Positions 19,604 to 30,783 are shown, counted from the stretch's first letter. The stretch is 31,236 nucleotides of DNA from Candidatus Moanibacter sp. (GCA_965215885.1 CBDCEW010000014.1:1-31236), one strand, 5' to 3'. Numbers and translations: made by a program. Notes: a model not told the origin generated them from the letters alone.

Positions 19604-19988
19604 GGGGCCACAGAGCACCACCGAGAATGGTAGTTGGAGATATAGAAAGTTGGGAGGAGTCGACTTCGCCTGCTCTGCCGTGCGGCAGAGTGCAAAACGG
19701 TCAAAGAAGCATTTACGAGAGCGTTTTCATTGGGATAAGAGTCATAGCGCGCTCTTGCAAATGCTTCTTTGACCGTTTGAACCGCGCTCCGCGCGAGGCG
19801 AAGTCGACTCCTCCCAACTTTCTACCCAGTCGGGCAACTTCGGACTTTCATGATCTATTGCTATCGATGCGACGGTCGATGCGGAATCGGTGTCACTGGG
19901 GCTTGAACCCCTTCCCGAAGCAAAGCACAAACATATTTTCGTACTGACATCGTATAGCTTTGTCATCTCTGTGTGCCTCTGTGACCCC
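19604..19988. repeat. Nested inverted-repeat (MITE/REPIN-like) element
   Basis: Perfect 29-bp arms at 19643-19671/19796-19824 and 27/29 arms at 19695-19723/19750-19778. Outer imperfect arms GGGGYCACAGAG at 19604 and 19977-19988. Confidence 0.8.
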
Positions 19989-20152
19989 TCTTCTCTCTTA
20001 TCAGCCTTCCGGTTTGGCTGTGGCCGAAAGCTGCCTTAGAAAACGATATGTGAAAGTGGAGAGGGACCGGCCTGCAGTACGGCAAGGCGGCTACGGAATC
20101 AGCTCGAGCGCTCATACGGATCCACTGACTGTCATTGCGATCCCGCAGAGCG

Positions 20153-21761
20153 CATTTGCGTTAACCTAAGGAGAAGAAACAAGAGAGGAAATCAAGACGA
20201 GAACGCTTTTCATAGGTGCAGTGTTTGGGGATTTGTTTGAGCCATCGGGGGATGATCTGATCTTTGGGAAGGTGAGAGAGGATGAAGAAGTAGGGAGCAA
20301 AGAAGCCAAACCAGTAGGAGAATTTAAGGATACTCAGAGGAGAGGACAAACTGGTATTCGAATAGTGTCTAAGGGGACCATAGACGAAGTTGAGTAAGTG
20401 GGTAATGAGGATGAGACGGGCGTAGATAAGAAGCTCAACCTGGTAGGGAGTAGTCTCTTTGACCTGACCGAGATTAAGATGTTGCTTAAAGGCCTTAAAG
20501 AAAATTTCGATGCGCCAGCGAAGTCCGTAAAAGCTCAGAATCTGCTTAGGGCTAAAGTCTTTCTGATGGAGGTTGGTAATAAAGATTTGGAAACCGAGAA
20601 GGAAGCTGGTGCGGCTGGTATATCGAAGTCTATTGTCGCGGTTTTGTCTATGCTCGCGGCGGCGTTTATGGGCCACCTTCTGAGGGAGTTTGACGGCGAT
20701 CAGACGAACCGGAAGCTTGGCTTTTTTTACCCACCCGAACGGGCATATCGAGAAGCTTTTGGCCACGTAAAAGTTTGCGTAGATCGAGCTCTTCATCGCC
20801 TTCGTTGGCTAAAAGGCAAGTGCCGGTTTTCAAACGACTCACAAAGAAGCAGCCGCGCTGATCGAGTTGCTTAAAGACATCGAGGACAAAATAGCCTAAG
20901 TCGCGCAGGATCAAGTCGTTGGGTTGAGCGAGAGCGAGAATGTCTTTGGAAGCAGCCTGATCGTTTTTTCGGAAGCTACTGAGGCTGAAGTCAACGAAGG
21001 ATTCATTGCGCAGATCGTAATAGGCCTGAATCTTCAGTTGAGCCTGTTTGGAGCCTGTCTGATTGGACGCTCCGGGGAAGAAGGGGGCCAGGGACCTTAG
21101 GCAAGCCAATCGAAGTGCTGTCGGCAATGAGAACCCGTTCAAAGCTCCTCATGCAATTTGGAACAGCTCTGCCCACAGGCCCCTAAGCTTTAAGTTCTAA
21201 AAGCCTCAGGAGCACTAAGGTCATAAAAGCGGTGGCTTTTTTGGCGCACTTTTGGACCGCTTGTCTGGAAATGGTGCGGTTGGCTAAGAATCCAATAAGC
21301 TCGGCTTCTTTGCCAAGGGACAAGGCCCCCTTAGAAGCCATCGCCAGCAAAGCCAAAACAAAGTTCAGAGGGGAGATCTTGCGCGATTTCCTCTCTCTAA
21401 AACCACTCTGTTTAGCGAGGGCTGTGAGGTTCAACTTACGGAAGGTTTGACGGATACAATCAGCTTTTTTTTATACTTTGCATCCGAAGGATAAATCCTA
21501 TATATGAACGAATGTACAGTATAAAATGCTGCCAAAGTGAAAAAAAATGGGGTAGACGGTAAAAGTAGAGAAGATAACCCGGCCAAAATGCACTCGCTCA
21601 ACTGCGAATTTCCTCACCGCTGTGGTCGAAACGAAGCAAATAGAAAAGGGCGAACAAATGGAGTGGAACCTCGAGGATAGAGACACCCTCATACTCCGCC
21701 GCAAAATACCTCGCAAGTCTTTGAATCTGACTAAGTTGCGAAAATAAGGTTTACGCGTATG
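20153..21761 (-). mobile_element. IS4-family element, 1609 bp
   Basis: TIRs are CATTTGCGTTAACCTAA / CATACGCGTAAACCTTA (13/17). 9-bp TSD CGCAGAGCG at 20144-20152 and 21762-21770. GC content is lower than the flanks. Confidence 0.92.
20161..21483 (-). pseudogene. IS4-family transposase with about 4 frameshifts
   Basis: Fragments give LAKQSGFRERKSRKI, VLIADSTSIGLP, LILRDLGYF and the YREK signature YGLRWRIEIFFKAFK. Shifts lie near 21468, 21185, 21095 and 20725. Confidence 0.88.
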
Positions 21762-21994
21762 CGCAGAGCGGGAGTGGCAATCCAGCGTCCCGGCCGATCG
21801 GAATCCTGGATTGCTTCGTCATTCTTCCTCGCAATGACAAGGAAGGTATGGGGTGGCGGTGGGCGTGAACCATGACTTGCAATATTGTCTTTCAGTTTGG
21901 AGGAGTATTGATCACTGCCCTACGGTAGGGAAGCCCTTCGATCCCGGCATGCCGGGACTCAGGGCCAAAAGGTCGCCCCATCCGCCCGATCCCC

Positions 21995-22224
21995 CGACCA
22001 AGCTTACGACTGAGGTTGCAAAGGACTTCCACCCGTAAGGGAACTTCGTCCGTAAGCTTCGTCGTCTCTTCCGCCCGATCCCTCGATCAAGTTTACGACA
22101 AAGCTTACGATTAATTTTGGGATGGCGCCTCTTTTACCCGTAAGGGAACCTTCGTCGTAAGCTTCGGCGTCAACCTCGTCGAATTTTTTCGTCGCTCCTT
22201 CGATCAAGTTTGCGATTGAGTTTT
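21995..22224. repeat. Modular 12-bp-period repeat element, copy B (inverted relative to copy A)
   Basis: Units include CGACCAAGCTTA, CGATCAAGTTTA, CGACAAAGCTTA and TTCGTCGTAAGC. The hairpin ACCCGTAAGGGAAC occurs at 22031 and 22136. Confidence 0.8.
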
Positions 22225-22624
22225 GGTGCCCCAGCCCTACCGGTTGTGGTGGTTCGGGGGTCCCGCTTGGCGAGACCTCCGAAGCGCTCACAACAAAGTG
22301 TATTTACGCCTTGCGAACAGGCTCTAACAAACGATAGGAAATCAACATTTGTTCTGGACAGGGCGCATTATTACAATCAATAATTGAACATATAAGCTCG
22401 AATGAGCTGCTTCTGCACTCTTCCGGCGAGTACGAAGCGTAAACATTAAACTCCTTACCCGTTGCGTTGTTCCAATCAGGGTTTCGCCCTGCACCTACTT
22501 CAGAATCTTCTTTGAGGTTCAGTGATTGTTCATAAAATATAAGAGCGCGAAACGCAAAATTATAGCTGCAACAGGGCAATGGGGAACAACCGAACGAGCA
22601 ACCAACACAATTAATCAACATCCA

Positions 22625-25073
22625 ATGAAAATACTAAAAGCAATATTCCACCCAATCATTACAATCTGTTTGCTGACTCCCTTAGGACTCAGCGCTCAAG
22701 AGGCCGGCTCAGGTTCAGAAGAAGAGGTCGTCGAACTCTCACCTTTCGAGGTGAGTGAAGACTCGATCAAAGGGTACGCCACAACTTCGTCCCTTGGGCA
22801 TCGCGGATTGCCGTGCCGATTACTGAACTCGACGCCTCTGTTATCACAATTACGGAGAAGCTGATCAGGGATACGGTCGCGCTGGAAGGGCGGGACGCCT
22901 TGAACTTCGTGAGCGGAGTGAACCACGGAAACCAGGGTACCGGAGCCCAGGAACAGACATCGTTTACGATCCGGGGATACAACACGAGTTCCGGACAACG
23001 CGACGGACTTCCCGATTCTCTTTTCACCAGTTCCGGGGGGTTCGATTACTCCCTCTTCGAGCGCCTCGAAATCATCAAGGGTCCGGCAGGGGTATTGTAT
23101 GGAACGCACAGTCCAGGCGGTCTCCTGAATATCGTTAGCAAAAAGCCGCTCGCTGCACCGCGGACGACCCTCACGGCGATGTTTGCCTCGTTTAATACCT
23201 GGAAGCTGATGGCGGATTCGTCGGGGTTCATCGATAATGAAACAAAGCGCTTGGGTTACCGGCTCAACACCGCCTTCGCGGATACTGAAGGCCCCCTTAA
23301 ACTGGCAAACGAACCGGGCCCGTTCTGGCAGTTTAACCCGAGCATTTCCTACAAGTTCGACAACGGCCTCAAGGTCTGGTTCTGGTCGGCCATTGTGCGT
23401 GACGAATTCAAACGGCGGGCGCCTACTATTTACACCTTTGGCTCATCGGACGGCTCGGGGAGGCCTTTGCGACGGATGGCCACCGACGGGATCTACTCAA
23501 CCGTTTATCATAACGGGAACAGGGTGGATACCGACAGCTTCGAGTTCGGTTTGGAACATAATTTCGAAATCGGCGGTATCGATGCAGGTGTTCGCGTGGT
23601 CGGTCGTCTCATCGAACAGCAGTCGGTGGGCGATCGGGTGCGGGGCATCGGGACGCGAATTTCATAAACGCGGCCGGTGATACGATAGGAACCAATGCCG
23701 CCTTTATTGATGTCACTGACGTCGACCAGCCGGACGAACTGGTGCGTATTACACGTCGCGGAATCCGCTTCGACGATCGGGGAACGGACCGAAAGGATGA
23801 CATCATTGCAGCGGATATCAGTTTGAAATTCAAGACTGGGGGATGAAGCACAGATGCTGACCTACTTCCAGTACCAGAAAAATGACCGCTTTAGCCTCGA
23901 CGATCTCATTGATATCGACCGCATCGAATGGCTGCCGGAAGACGTGCGGAACGCGTTCGGCTTTACAACCAACCCTGTAACCGGCATTGGGCAAAATGAA
24001 GTCTGGCCGCAACCGAATGTAAGAGGAATTACTCCCGACTGGGTATTGGGCCTCGTGGCAGATGACGATGCCGATGGCGATACAGATCCGGATCGTTCGG
24101 CCGATAGCACCGTCCGAATGCGGATTTCACCCAGGTGATCATACGCAATCGAGTCGCCATCAAGGATGATGCCTTTTCCTGGGGAATGATGGATCGCATC
24201 TCGATGTTCGACAATCGATTCTTCCTTATTGGGGCGGTGCGTTATGACAAACGGGAAGGCGATACAACCAGAATTACGACTGCCGGGGGAGAGACAACAA
24301 CCGCACAGAGTGTTACCGAATGGACAACGAAGTTCGGGGCTCTCTACAAGATTTTCAGCGGAGATGCGGGTGACGCCTCCCTTTTCTACAACCGTGGGGA
24401 GACCTTTCTCCCCGTCTTCGATACGTCTCGTAAACTTGCCGACTTTGGCGCACGATTTCCCAACCGGACTGCTTCCACCAACGAAATCGGAGCGAAGTTG
24501 AATCTGTGGGGAAGTCACGTCGTAGCAACGATGTCCTACTTTGACAATGAAGAGACCGATTTCCTGCAGTCTTTTCCGGACCTCGATGGTTCCGTTACCG
24601 GTTCTGAGGATTCGACTTTCCGGTTGCCGTCAGGCACCCGAACCACGGAGGGATTCGAGATCGACCTGGCCGTCAGTTCTAAACCCGGGCTCGATTTCCT
24701 CTTTGCCTATGGGACCGTCGATGTGGCGCTGGCAAGCGGTGAAATACCGCAGGAAATCGCGGATGAGACGCTCAATATAATGTCTCGCTTCGAATTCCAG
24801 GATGGTCCGCTCGAGGGACTCTCCTTGATGTATCAGTTCAATCACGTAGGGGAGAGCCGGCAGGCTTTCACAAGACGATTTGATCTTGAGTTCGTGAATC
24901 CGGCGTTAAACATTCATCATGTCGTGCTCGGTCTGAGCCGGAATAACTGGGACGTCCGTGTTCGGATCGAAAATATCTTTGACGACGTTGAAGTTATGGG
25001 GGGCAATTTCTGGACTGCTACCGGAGTTGCTCGGGAGCGGAACTGGCGTGTCTCCTTAACCCGAAGATTCTGA
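22625..25073 (+). CDS. TonB-dependent outer-membrane receptor broken by about 4 frameshifts (~22797, ~23657, ~23852, ~24122)
   Basis: Signal peptide, EEVVELSPFEV..GY, plug motifs FTIRGY and ERLEIIKGPAGVLYG..SPGGLLNIVSKKP, then GAVRYD, RIENIFD and a terminal ..RRF. Confidence 0.9.
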
Positions 25074-25137
25074 GTAGGAATTTGGTGGCACAGAGTTGCT
25101 CGCTTCCGCTCAGCGGGACCGGCTGACTCCGACTGGT

Positions 25138-25278
25138 AGAAACGCTCCTGCGTTCCTCTACGATTGATGGATCCTTCGTCGCATGGGACTCCATTGAGTA
25201 GCCGTAGCGGAATCCGTAAGGATTTCGACGACGTGCACGTTGATGGCGAATCAGAGAAACGCTCCCGCGTTCCTCTAC
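25138..25278. repeat. Cluster of three GTAG-type REP-like units downstream of the receptor
   Basis: 25138-25161 and 25255-25278 are reverse units (23/24 identical, rc GTAGAGGAACGCRGGAGCGTTTCT). 25204-25227 is the forward unit GTAGCGGAATCCGTAAGGATTTCG. Confidence 0.8.
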
Positions 25279-25333
25279 GAAAAATGCACCGGTGATTTGG
25301 GCTCAAGTAAGTGACCATGAAGAGATAACGAAA

Positions 25334-27849
25334 ATGGGGTTTACTCTTATGCGGTGGTCGATCCGGAAAGCGGGAGTATCATTTGGATGCCCCTCCTTTG
25401 GTTCCCTTTATCTGGCTGCCCTTATTCTGATGGGAACGACCCAATCGGTTCGCCCAGGGATTCACCAAGGTGACGGAAACAGCCGGCGTGGACTATGTTG
25501 AGAGTCGCAGGATCAACCTTGAGGCTCGACCCTACTGGCAGGAAATAATGACCGGGGGAGCTGCGGCGGGCGACTACGATGGAGATGGTTGGGTGGACCT
25601 GGTGGTGTCGCGTCGAGACGACACGATGATTCTGTTCCGTAATCTGGGGAGACGGCACGTTCGAAAATGTCACGGCCGAGGCAAAGCTCAATACAGCACA
25701 GTTCCGGGGCTCAAACGGTACGGCCTGGGGAGACATCGACAACGATGGCGACCTCGATCTGTATGTGACCAGTTTCGACGATGAGCGGTTTTACTTCTAC
25801 ATCAACGACGGGAACGGCACATTCAGCGAGGAGGGTAGGGAGCGAGGCGCGGCTCTTCAAGACACCAACCCTCATTACGGACAGAGCGCTGCTTTCGGGG
25901 ACTACGACCTTGATGGGTATCTCGATCTGTTTGTTACGGAATGGCGCCATGACGACCAGACCAACAACCCGAACAATCTTCCATCACATAACCGGTTACT
26001 CAAAAATAGAGGTTCCCTGGATCCGGGATTTTTTGACGACGTTACTGATGAAGCGGGCGTCAACGTTGATGGGTTCAAAGGCAACCGCGTTCCTCCCGGT
26101 TCGTGGGGATTCGCGCCCCGATTTTCAGATCTCGATGGTGACGGGTTTCCCGACCTCGCTCTGGTTGCCGACTTCGGAGAGGGAGCGCTTTTCTGGAACA
26201 ATGGCGACGGCACCTTCAGCGATGGTACGCAGGTGGCGGGAGTCAACCTCGAGGAAAACGCGATGGGGTCGACAATCGGAGATTTCAACGGCGACGGTCT
26301 TCTCGATTGGTTCGTTACCGCGATTTTCGAAGAAGAAGTGGAGACTTCGACGGGAAATCGACTCTACCTAAACAATGGCGACCGAACGTTCACCGATGCG
26401 ACTGATCTCGCAAGGGTCCGAGAAGGATACTGGGGCTGGGGAACAAGTGGTTTCGACTTCGATAACGATGGGGATCTTGATATCATGATGGCGAACGGCT
26501 GGCAGGATTCCGAACCCTTTCGCTTTGATCCGATCGTCTTGTGGGAGAATGATGGCTCAGGAATTTTCACCTCGGTAGGGCCGGATCTGGGAGTGACTGA
26601 CATTCGATCCGGCAGGGGGCTCCTCACTTTTGACTATGATCGCGACGGGGATCTCGATGTATTCGTGACGAATAACAATGAGCATCCCGTCCTGTATCGA
26701 AATGACATTGAGAATGGGAACAATTGGTTGCGCGTTCGGACTGTCGGCACGCTTTCGAATCGCAACGGTATCGGCGCTTTTGTCACATTGATGCCCGACG
26801 TGAATGATCCTCAGTCGATCGTCGTTCGGGAAATTGACGGAGGCAGTAATTTCCTCAGCCAGAACGAAATGATTGCGCACTTCGGTCTCGGTGATCGGAC
26901 GGAGGCCATCGAACGATTAACGATCAATTGGCCCAGTGGTGTCGAGCAGGTGTTCGAGGACGTCCCCGTGAACAGCCTTCTGGTTGCGAGGGAATATTCC
27001 GCAAGCGGGTTATTGAGAAACGGCGAGGCTCGCTTGGTTGATGATGGGACGGAATTCATGGGCAACACCTATAACGGGTTTGAACTCGCGAGCGAGGAGG
27101 CGACCTTCTCCTCGGCGGCAGGCGAGATCACGCGGATATCATTTCTCGATCCGGACGGCGATATCGTCTTCGCGGAATTTGGGAGCGACCACTCCGTAAC
27201 CACGCTTACGATCCACCTTGAGAATCTCAGGGAAGGCGTGCCTTCACCGTACCGGCAACCCGGTACCTTCTACGCGCAGGGATTGGCTTCCTTCACGATC
27301 GAGAACCCGACCGAATTAACCTTCTTATCGGTTTTTTCCCTCGGAAACGATCCGACCCGGGTCGACAGCGCGCTCATTACGGAGGAGACTTTCGGCGGAT
27401 CGGTTAACGGTATCGCCGATGTGAAGCGTCTGAGCTTGAAGGGGGGAGGAACCTTTTCTGAAATGGGAGGAATCAATGCGGCTAACGCCAACTTCACCGC
27501 CGGCACGGGATTCTTCGGTATCGATGCGTCGAATCATAAGATACGACACTTTCTCTTTGTCGGAGACTTTACGCCTTCCGGGAGTGCCCGCCCTCTTCTC
27601 CGGGTCAGCGCCGAGTCGACGGTGAATGAGATTCAGATAAACGGAGGAGATTTGAGAGAGGCGACCGGGGACTATGCGATCGATACAAACGGGATCGTGT
27701 ATCCCTTTTCCATCAAGTCCATGGAAGGGCGGCGCTCGATATCCAACAGCCCGTTGCGTCCCGACCTCGGTGATGGCACCATGGCGAGGGTAACCGATAC
27801 GTTCATCAGTAATCGCGACTTCTATTTCGAAACTCAGGGGCAGCAATGA
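25334..27849 (+). CDS. Secreted FG-GAP/VCBS-repeat CRTAC1-like protein with an ASPIC/UnbV domain and extra C-terminal domain; frameshifts at ~25447 and ~25648
   Basis: Repeated DxDxDGxxD motifs (GDYDGDGWVD, GDYDLDGYLD, DFDNDGDLD), SNRNGIGAFV and GGSNFLSQN..AHFGLG..INWPSG. Confidence 0.88.
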
Positions 27850-28007
27850 AAACTCGCCATGTCGGCTTGTACCTGTTTAGCGTAATCGCGCCCCACCCCG
27901 GCACAAGACCCATCGTTCTGAATTTCGGTTGGCCCGCAAATTGCGTGGAGTTCTCTGGTTAGAGCATGAAGAAAATGGGGAGCAGAGGGAGGGCACTGGA
28001 GTCGTTG

Positions 28008-29825
28008 TCAGGAGGCAATCCGATGGGGTTGCGGGTTTAAGGATTGATCCTGGCGATTACAGACTTCGAAGAGTTCCTCAAGGAAGTTTTCTTTTCGCAG
28101 GAGCTTTTTGGGCAATCGACCCACGGCGAGGGTTTTTCTGTTCGCCCGCCAGTGACTGAAGGGGGGTGCTTTCTGTGCAGCCTGGGCAAGCTTTTGGGGC
28201 AGATTATCGATACTGCCTAAAACCAGCTCCACATAGCGGGGATTGTGTAAGTTGGCCAGGAGCATGTATTCTTCGGGGAGCGCTTCAAAGTCGCGCGTCA
28301 GATTTTTGCGCCCGTGGGTTTGACGGCGTTTGCGCTTGGAGGTGCGCCAGGTGCCTTCCAGCTCATTGGTCGTGCGTACGCTGTCTGGATGGGCCGGTGG
28401 GGGAAGCAGCCGCTGCCAGTATTTGTCCAGATGAGTGACCACGGTGCGGTAGAGTTTGGCTTTCGAGGGGTTGGTCAGGGAGGCGCCTTTTTGGCGATAT
28501 TGGGCACGCAGCAACTGGAGAGCCTCGGTGAGCTCAGCGGCTTGTCCTGCTTGCAACAGATAAGGGTCGCTTAAAGGGCAGGGGCCGCTGGCGCTGAGCC
28601 AAAGGGCATCGCGCAAAGCGCTGAAAATGCAAAAAGCGTTTTCATAGATAGTAGCGGCTTCGATGACGAGGGCATCAGCCAGATACTGCTTCAACCCGGT
28701 CGAAAGATGAAAGAAGCTTCGCAGAACAGAGCAACTGGCAGGAGCGCGGGCAAGCCACTGCTCCAGGGCGGCATGGGCGCGCACGACCCGCCGATGCCAA
28801 TAAAGCAGGTAAGGATCGAAGGGAAAGCCCTGGCGGTGACCGTCGCAGGGATAATCCAAAATCCACAATTGCAGGGCCATGAGCAGTTCCCGTGCAAGGG
28901 TGGGATCGAAGGGCACTGCGAGCGCTTTGGCGGTGAGCAAATCGGCCAGGACGAGGGCGTGTTTTTCACGGAGGGCGTCACGGAGCTTTGCGGTGATGTG
29001 TTTGCGTTGCTCGCGCATGCGCTCCATGAGCTTCAATTGCCGCAAGCGCCCGTTGAGCATCTGCTGGGGTTTTCGATAAAGCTGTTCGCCCACATTGCGG
29101 GCGAAATGATAATGGCAGACGCCATGGGGGGCCTGGAAGGTTTCGCTCTCGCAGGCCTTGCTGATCTGAGCGCTTAAATCATGATAGACATGGTGGGGTT
29201 GGCCAAAAGCCCGGGCCGCCCGGGCAAAACAGCCACTGATCGTTTCGCTCTGTTCGGAAGGCATTTTCCAGCTGCCCAAAAGGATCCCTTCGTCGGCTTC
29301 CTGAACAGCGAAGAAAACCGGCGTCTGCGGTTCCACGGTCCCATCCACCAGCCAGCGCAGGCAAGGGCGAGCGCTCAGGTAATCTTTAAGCACCGGAGCG
29401 GCCGCGGCGTGCAGCCGACCCAGATAAAAAAGAAACTTCTGCTGCATCTCATAGAGGCTGCTTTGAGCAATCTGCAGCTGCCCCGGGCCCTCGCGCAGTT
29501 CCCTGTGCACCTCTTTGAGGGTGGCGTTTTCGCACAAACATCGCTTGCCCACATAGGCAATCAGATCGTAAGCGTAGCGACTATGCGAGGGCACGATCTG
29601 TTCCAGGCGAGCAGAACGGTAGCTGTTGCGGTGGCTCCCTTGCCCCTGCTCGCGCACAACTTCCACCGCCTGGAAGCATCCATAGGAGAAACTGACCACC
29701 TTGCGGCGCAGGGTCTTGCGCACCTCTGAAGGACCCTCTTCGTCCTCCCGGGCATCGAAGCGATAACTCGTTTGCGCAGGCACAGCCCCCACCGTTTGCA
29801 GGGCCCGTTCAGCCTCTGCCCGCAA
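28008..29825 (-). CDS. DDE transposase of IS-C (ORF2), with no clear ATG of its own
   Basis: Motifs WLVDGT, YHDLS, VCHYHFARNVG (CxxH) and RTTNELEGTWR..K, as in ISL3/IS256/IS66-like cores. The frame stays open upstream to the T9 run at 29861-29869. Confidence 0.8.
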   Translation of the reverse strand: MRAEAERALQTVGAVPAQTSYRFDAREDEEGPSEVRKTLRRKVVSFSYGCFQAVEVVREQGQGSHRNSYRSARLEQIVPSHSRYAYDLIAYVGKRCLCENATLKEVHRELREGPGQLQIAQSSLYEMQQKFLFYLGRLHAAAAPVLKDYLSARPCLRWLVDGTVEPQTPVFFAVQEADEGILLGSWKMPSEQSETISGCFARAARAFGQPHHVYHDLSAQISKACESETFQAPHGVCHYHFARNVGEQLYRKPQQMLNGRLRQLKLMERMREQRKHITAKLRDALREKHALVLADLLTAKALAVPFDPTLARELLMALQLWILDYPCDGHRQGFPFDPYLLYWHRRVVRAHAALEQWLARAPASCSVLRSFFHLSTGLKQYLADALVIEAATIYENAFCIFSALRDALWLSASGPCPLSDPYLLQAGQAAELTEALQLLRAQYRQKGASLTNPSKAKLYRTVVTHLDKYWQRLLPPPAHPDSVRTTNELEGTWRTSKRKRRQTHGRKNLTRDFEALPEEYMLLANLHNPRYVELVLGSIDNLPQKLAQAAQKAPPFSHWRANRKTLAVGRLPKKLLRKENFLEELFEVCNRQDQSLNPQPHRIAS

Positions 29826-29842
29826 ATCATGTAACAGCTCCG

Positions 29843-30542
29843 CTACCGCGATCGTTCCGGTTTTTTTTTGAGCGAGTAAAACGCCATCACCCGCTCAATT
29901 TGCTCCCCGCTCAGCTCTACTCCCTGCTCTTGCATAAGCTCGACAAGCTCCTTGACCCCGGCCTCGGGATGGCCGATACAGGCGACCAGCAAAGCGATCA
30001 CGACCATCGTTTCGAGCCCTTCGGGAGCTGCCTGCAAAGCGCCCCCGGGTCCCCTGCCTGAACTTGTGCCGCTGTTCTTCGCCCTTGCCGCCGCTTTTTC
30101 TGTTCGGCCCCGCCCTGTTCCCCGGCCGAGACATACACGCAGTGACGCCCTTCATCGTATCGACTCAACCGCTTCTTTCTACAAAGCACGCTTATGGGGT
30201 TGTGCACCCGTACCCCAAGGAGGGTCTCCAACTCAGCCACCGTGTAGCCGCAAAGCGAAGCTCCCACCACCGCCTCCACGGTCTCCTCCAAGGTGCCGTG
30301 GCGCGAAAAGCGCCCCTTGCGAAAACGCCACAACCGGCCCCGTCAAAGCGCGGAATGTCTTTCAAGCTCAGGTAGCCACAATTGGCATTGTAACTGGAGT
30401 AATGGCCATATTTTTGCAAAGCCCGATAGACCGTTCGCCGCGACACCCGCTGCTCCTTCATCAGCCTCCACACCGTGCTTACCCGATCCCGCCGTACCGC
30501 TTCGACCACCTCCCTCTCTTTACGCGAAAGCTCTTCTTGCAT
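29843..30542 (-). CDS. IS-C ORF1, ~230-aa HTH-like protein with frameshifts at ~30335 and ~30040
   Basis: Fragments join as VSRRTVYRAL..IPRFDGAG|LWRFRKGRFSRHGTL..YTVAELETLLG..|..LSGEQIERVMAFYSLKKKPERSR*. Several HTH-like segments are present. Confidence 0.65.
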
Positions 30543-30783
30543 GCACCGGCACAGTATGGAAAGGAGGCAAAACTGCAAACTCTACTTTACATACAATGCC
30601 AATGCCAACTTTCTCCAGCTCCCTTCGCTTCTACTCAATTGCCACCAGAAATCAACTCCCCGTTCAAAGCGCTTTTGTAACTGATTAATACTCAACAAGT
30701 TTCTAACTGAAAACAAACCTGCAGGAAAAGCTCTCTACCTCTAACGAACCCACACACAACAATCGTTGAAACTCCATTCTGGC

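Larger units (their letters stand above)
20130..21839. repeat. REP-like palindromic element split by the IS4 insertion (20130-20152 plus 21771-21839)
   Basis: TGTCATTGCGA (20130-20140) pairs with TCGCAATGACA (21829-21839). GCAATCCAG (21777-21785) pairs with CTGGATTGC (21806-21814). Confidence 0.8.

Noticed and set aside
20000..20129. Possible structured ncRNA or riboswitch
   Set aside because: Only short hairpins are present and I recognise no conserved riboswitch motif. An Rfam search would be needed.
18196..22224. CRISPR array from the 12-mer repeats
   Set aside because: The units are short, degenerate, tandem and in both orientations, without unique constant-length spacers. No cas genes are present.
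22300..22624. Regulator operator or riboswitch upstream of the TonB receptor
   Set aside because: The region is AT-rich and promoter-like, but I could not support a Fur box, cobalamin riboswitch or clear palindrome.
29952..30680. 242-aa plus-strand ORF
   Set aside because: It is a Pro/Ala-rich antisense shadow of IS-C ORF1 with no recognisable motif.
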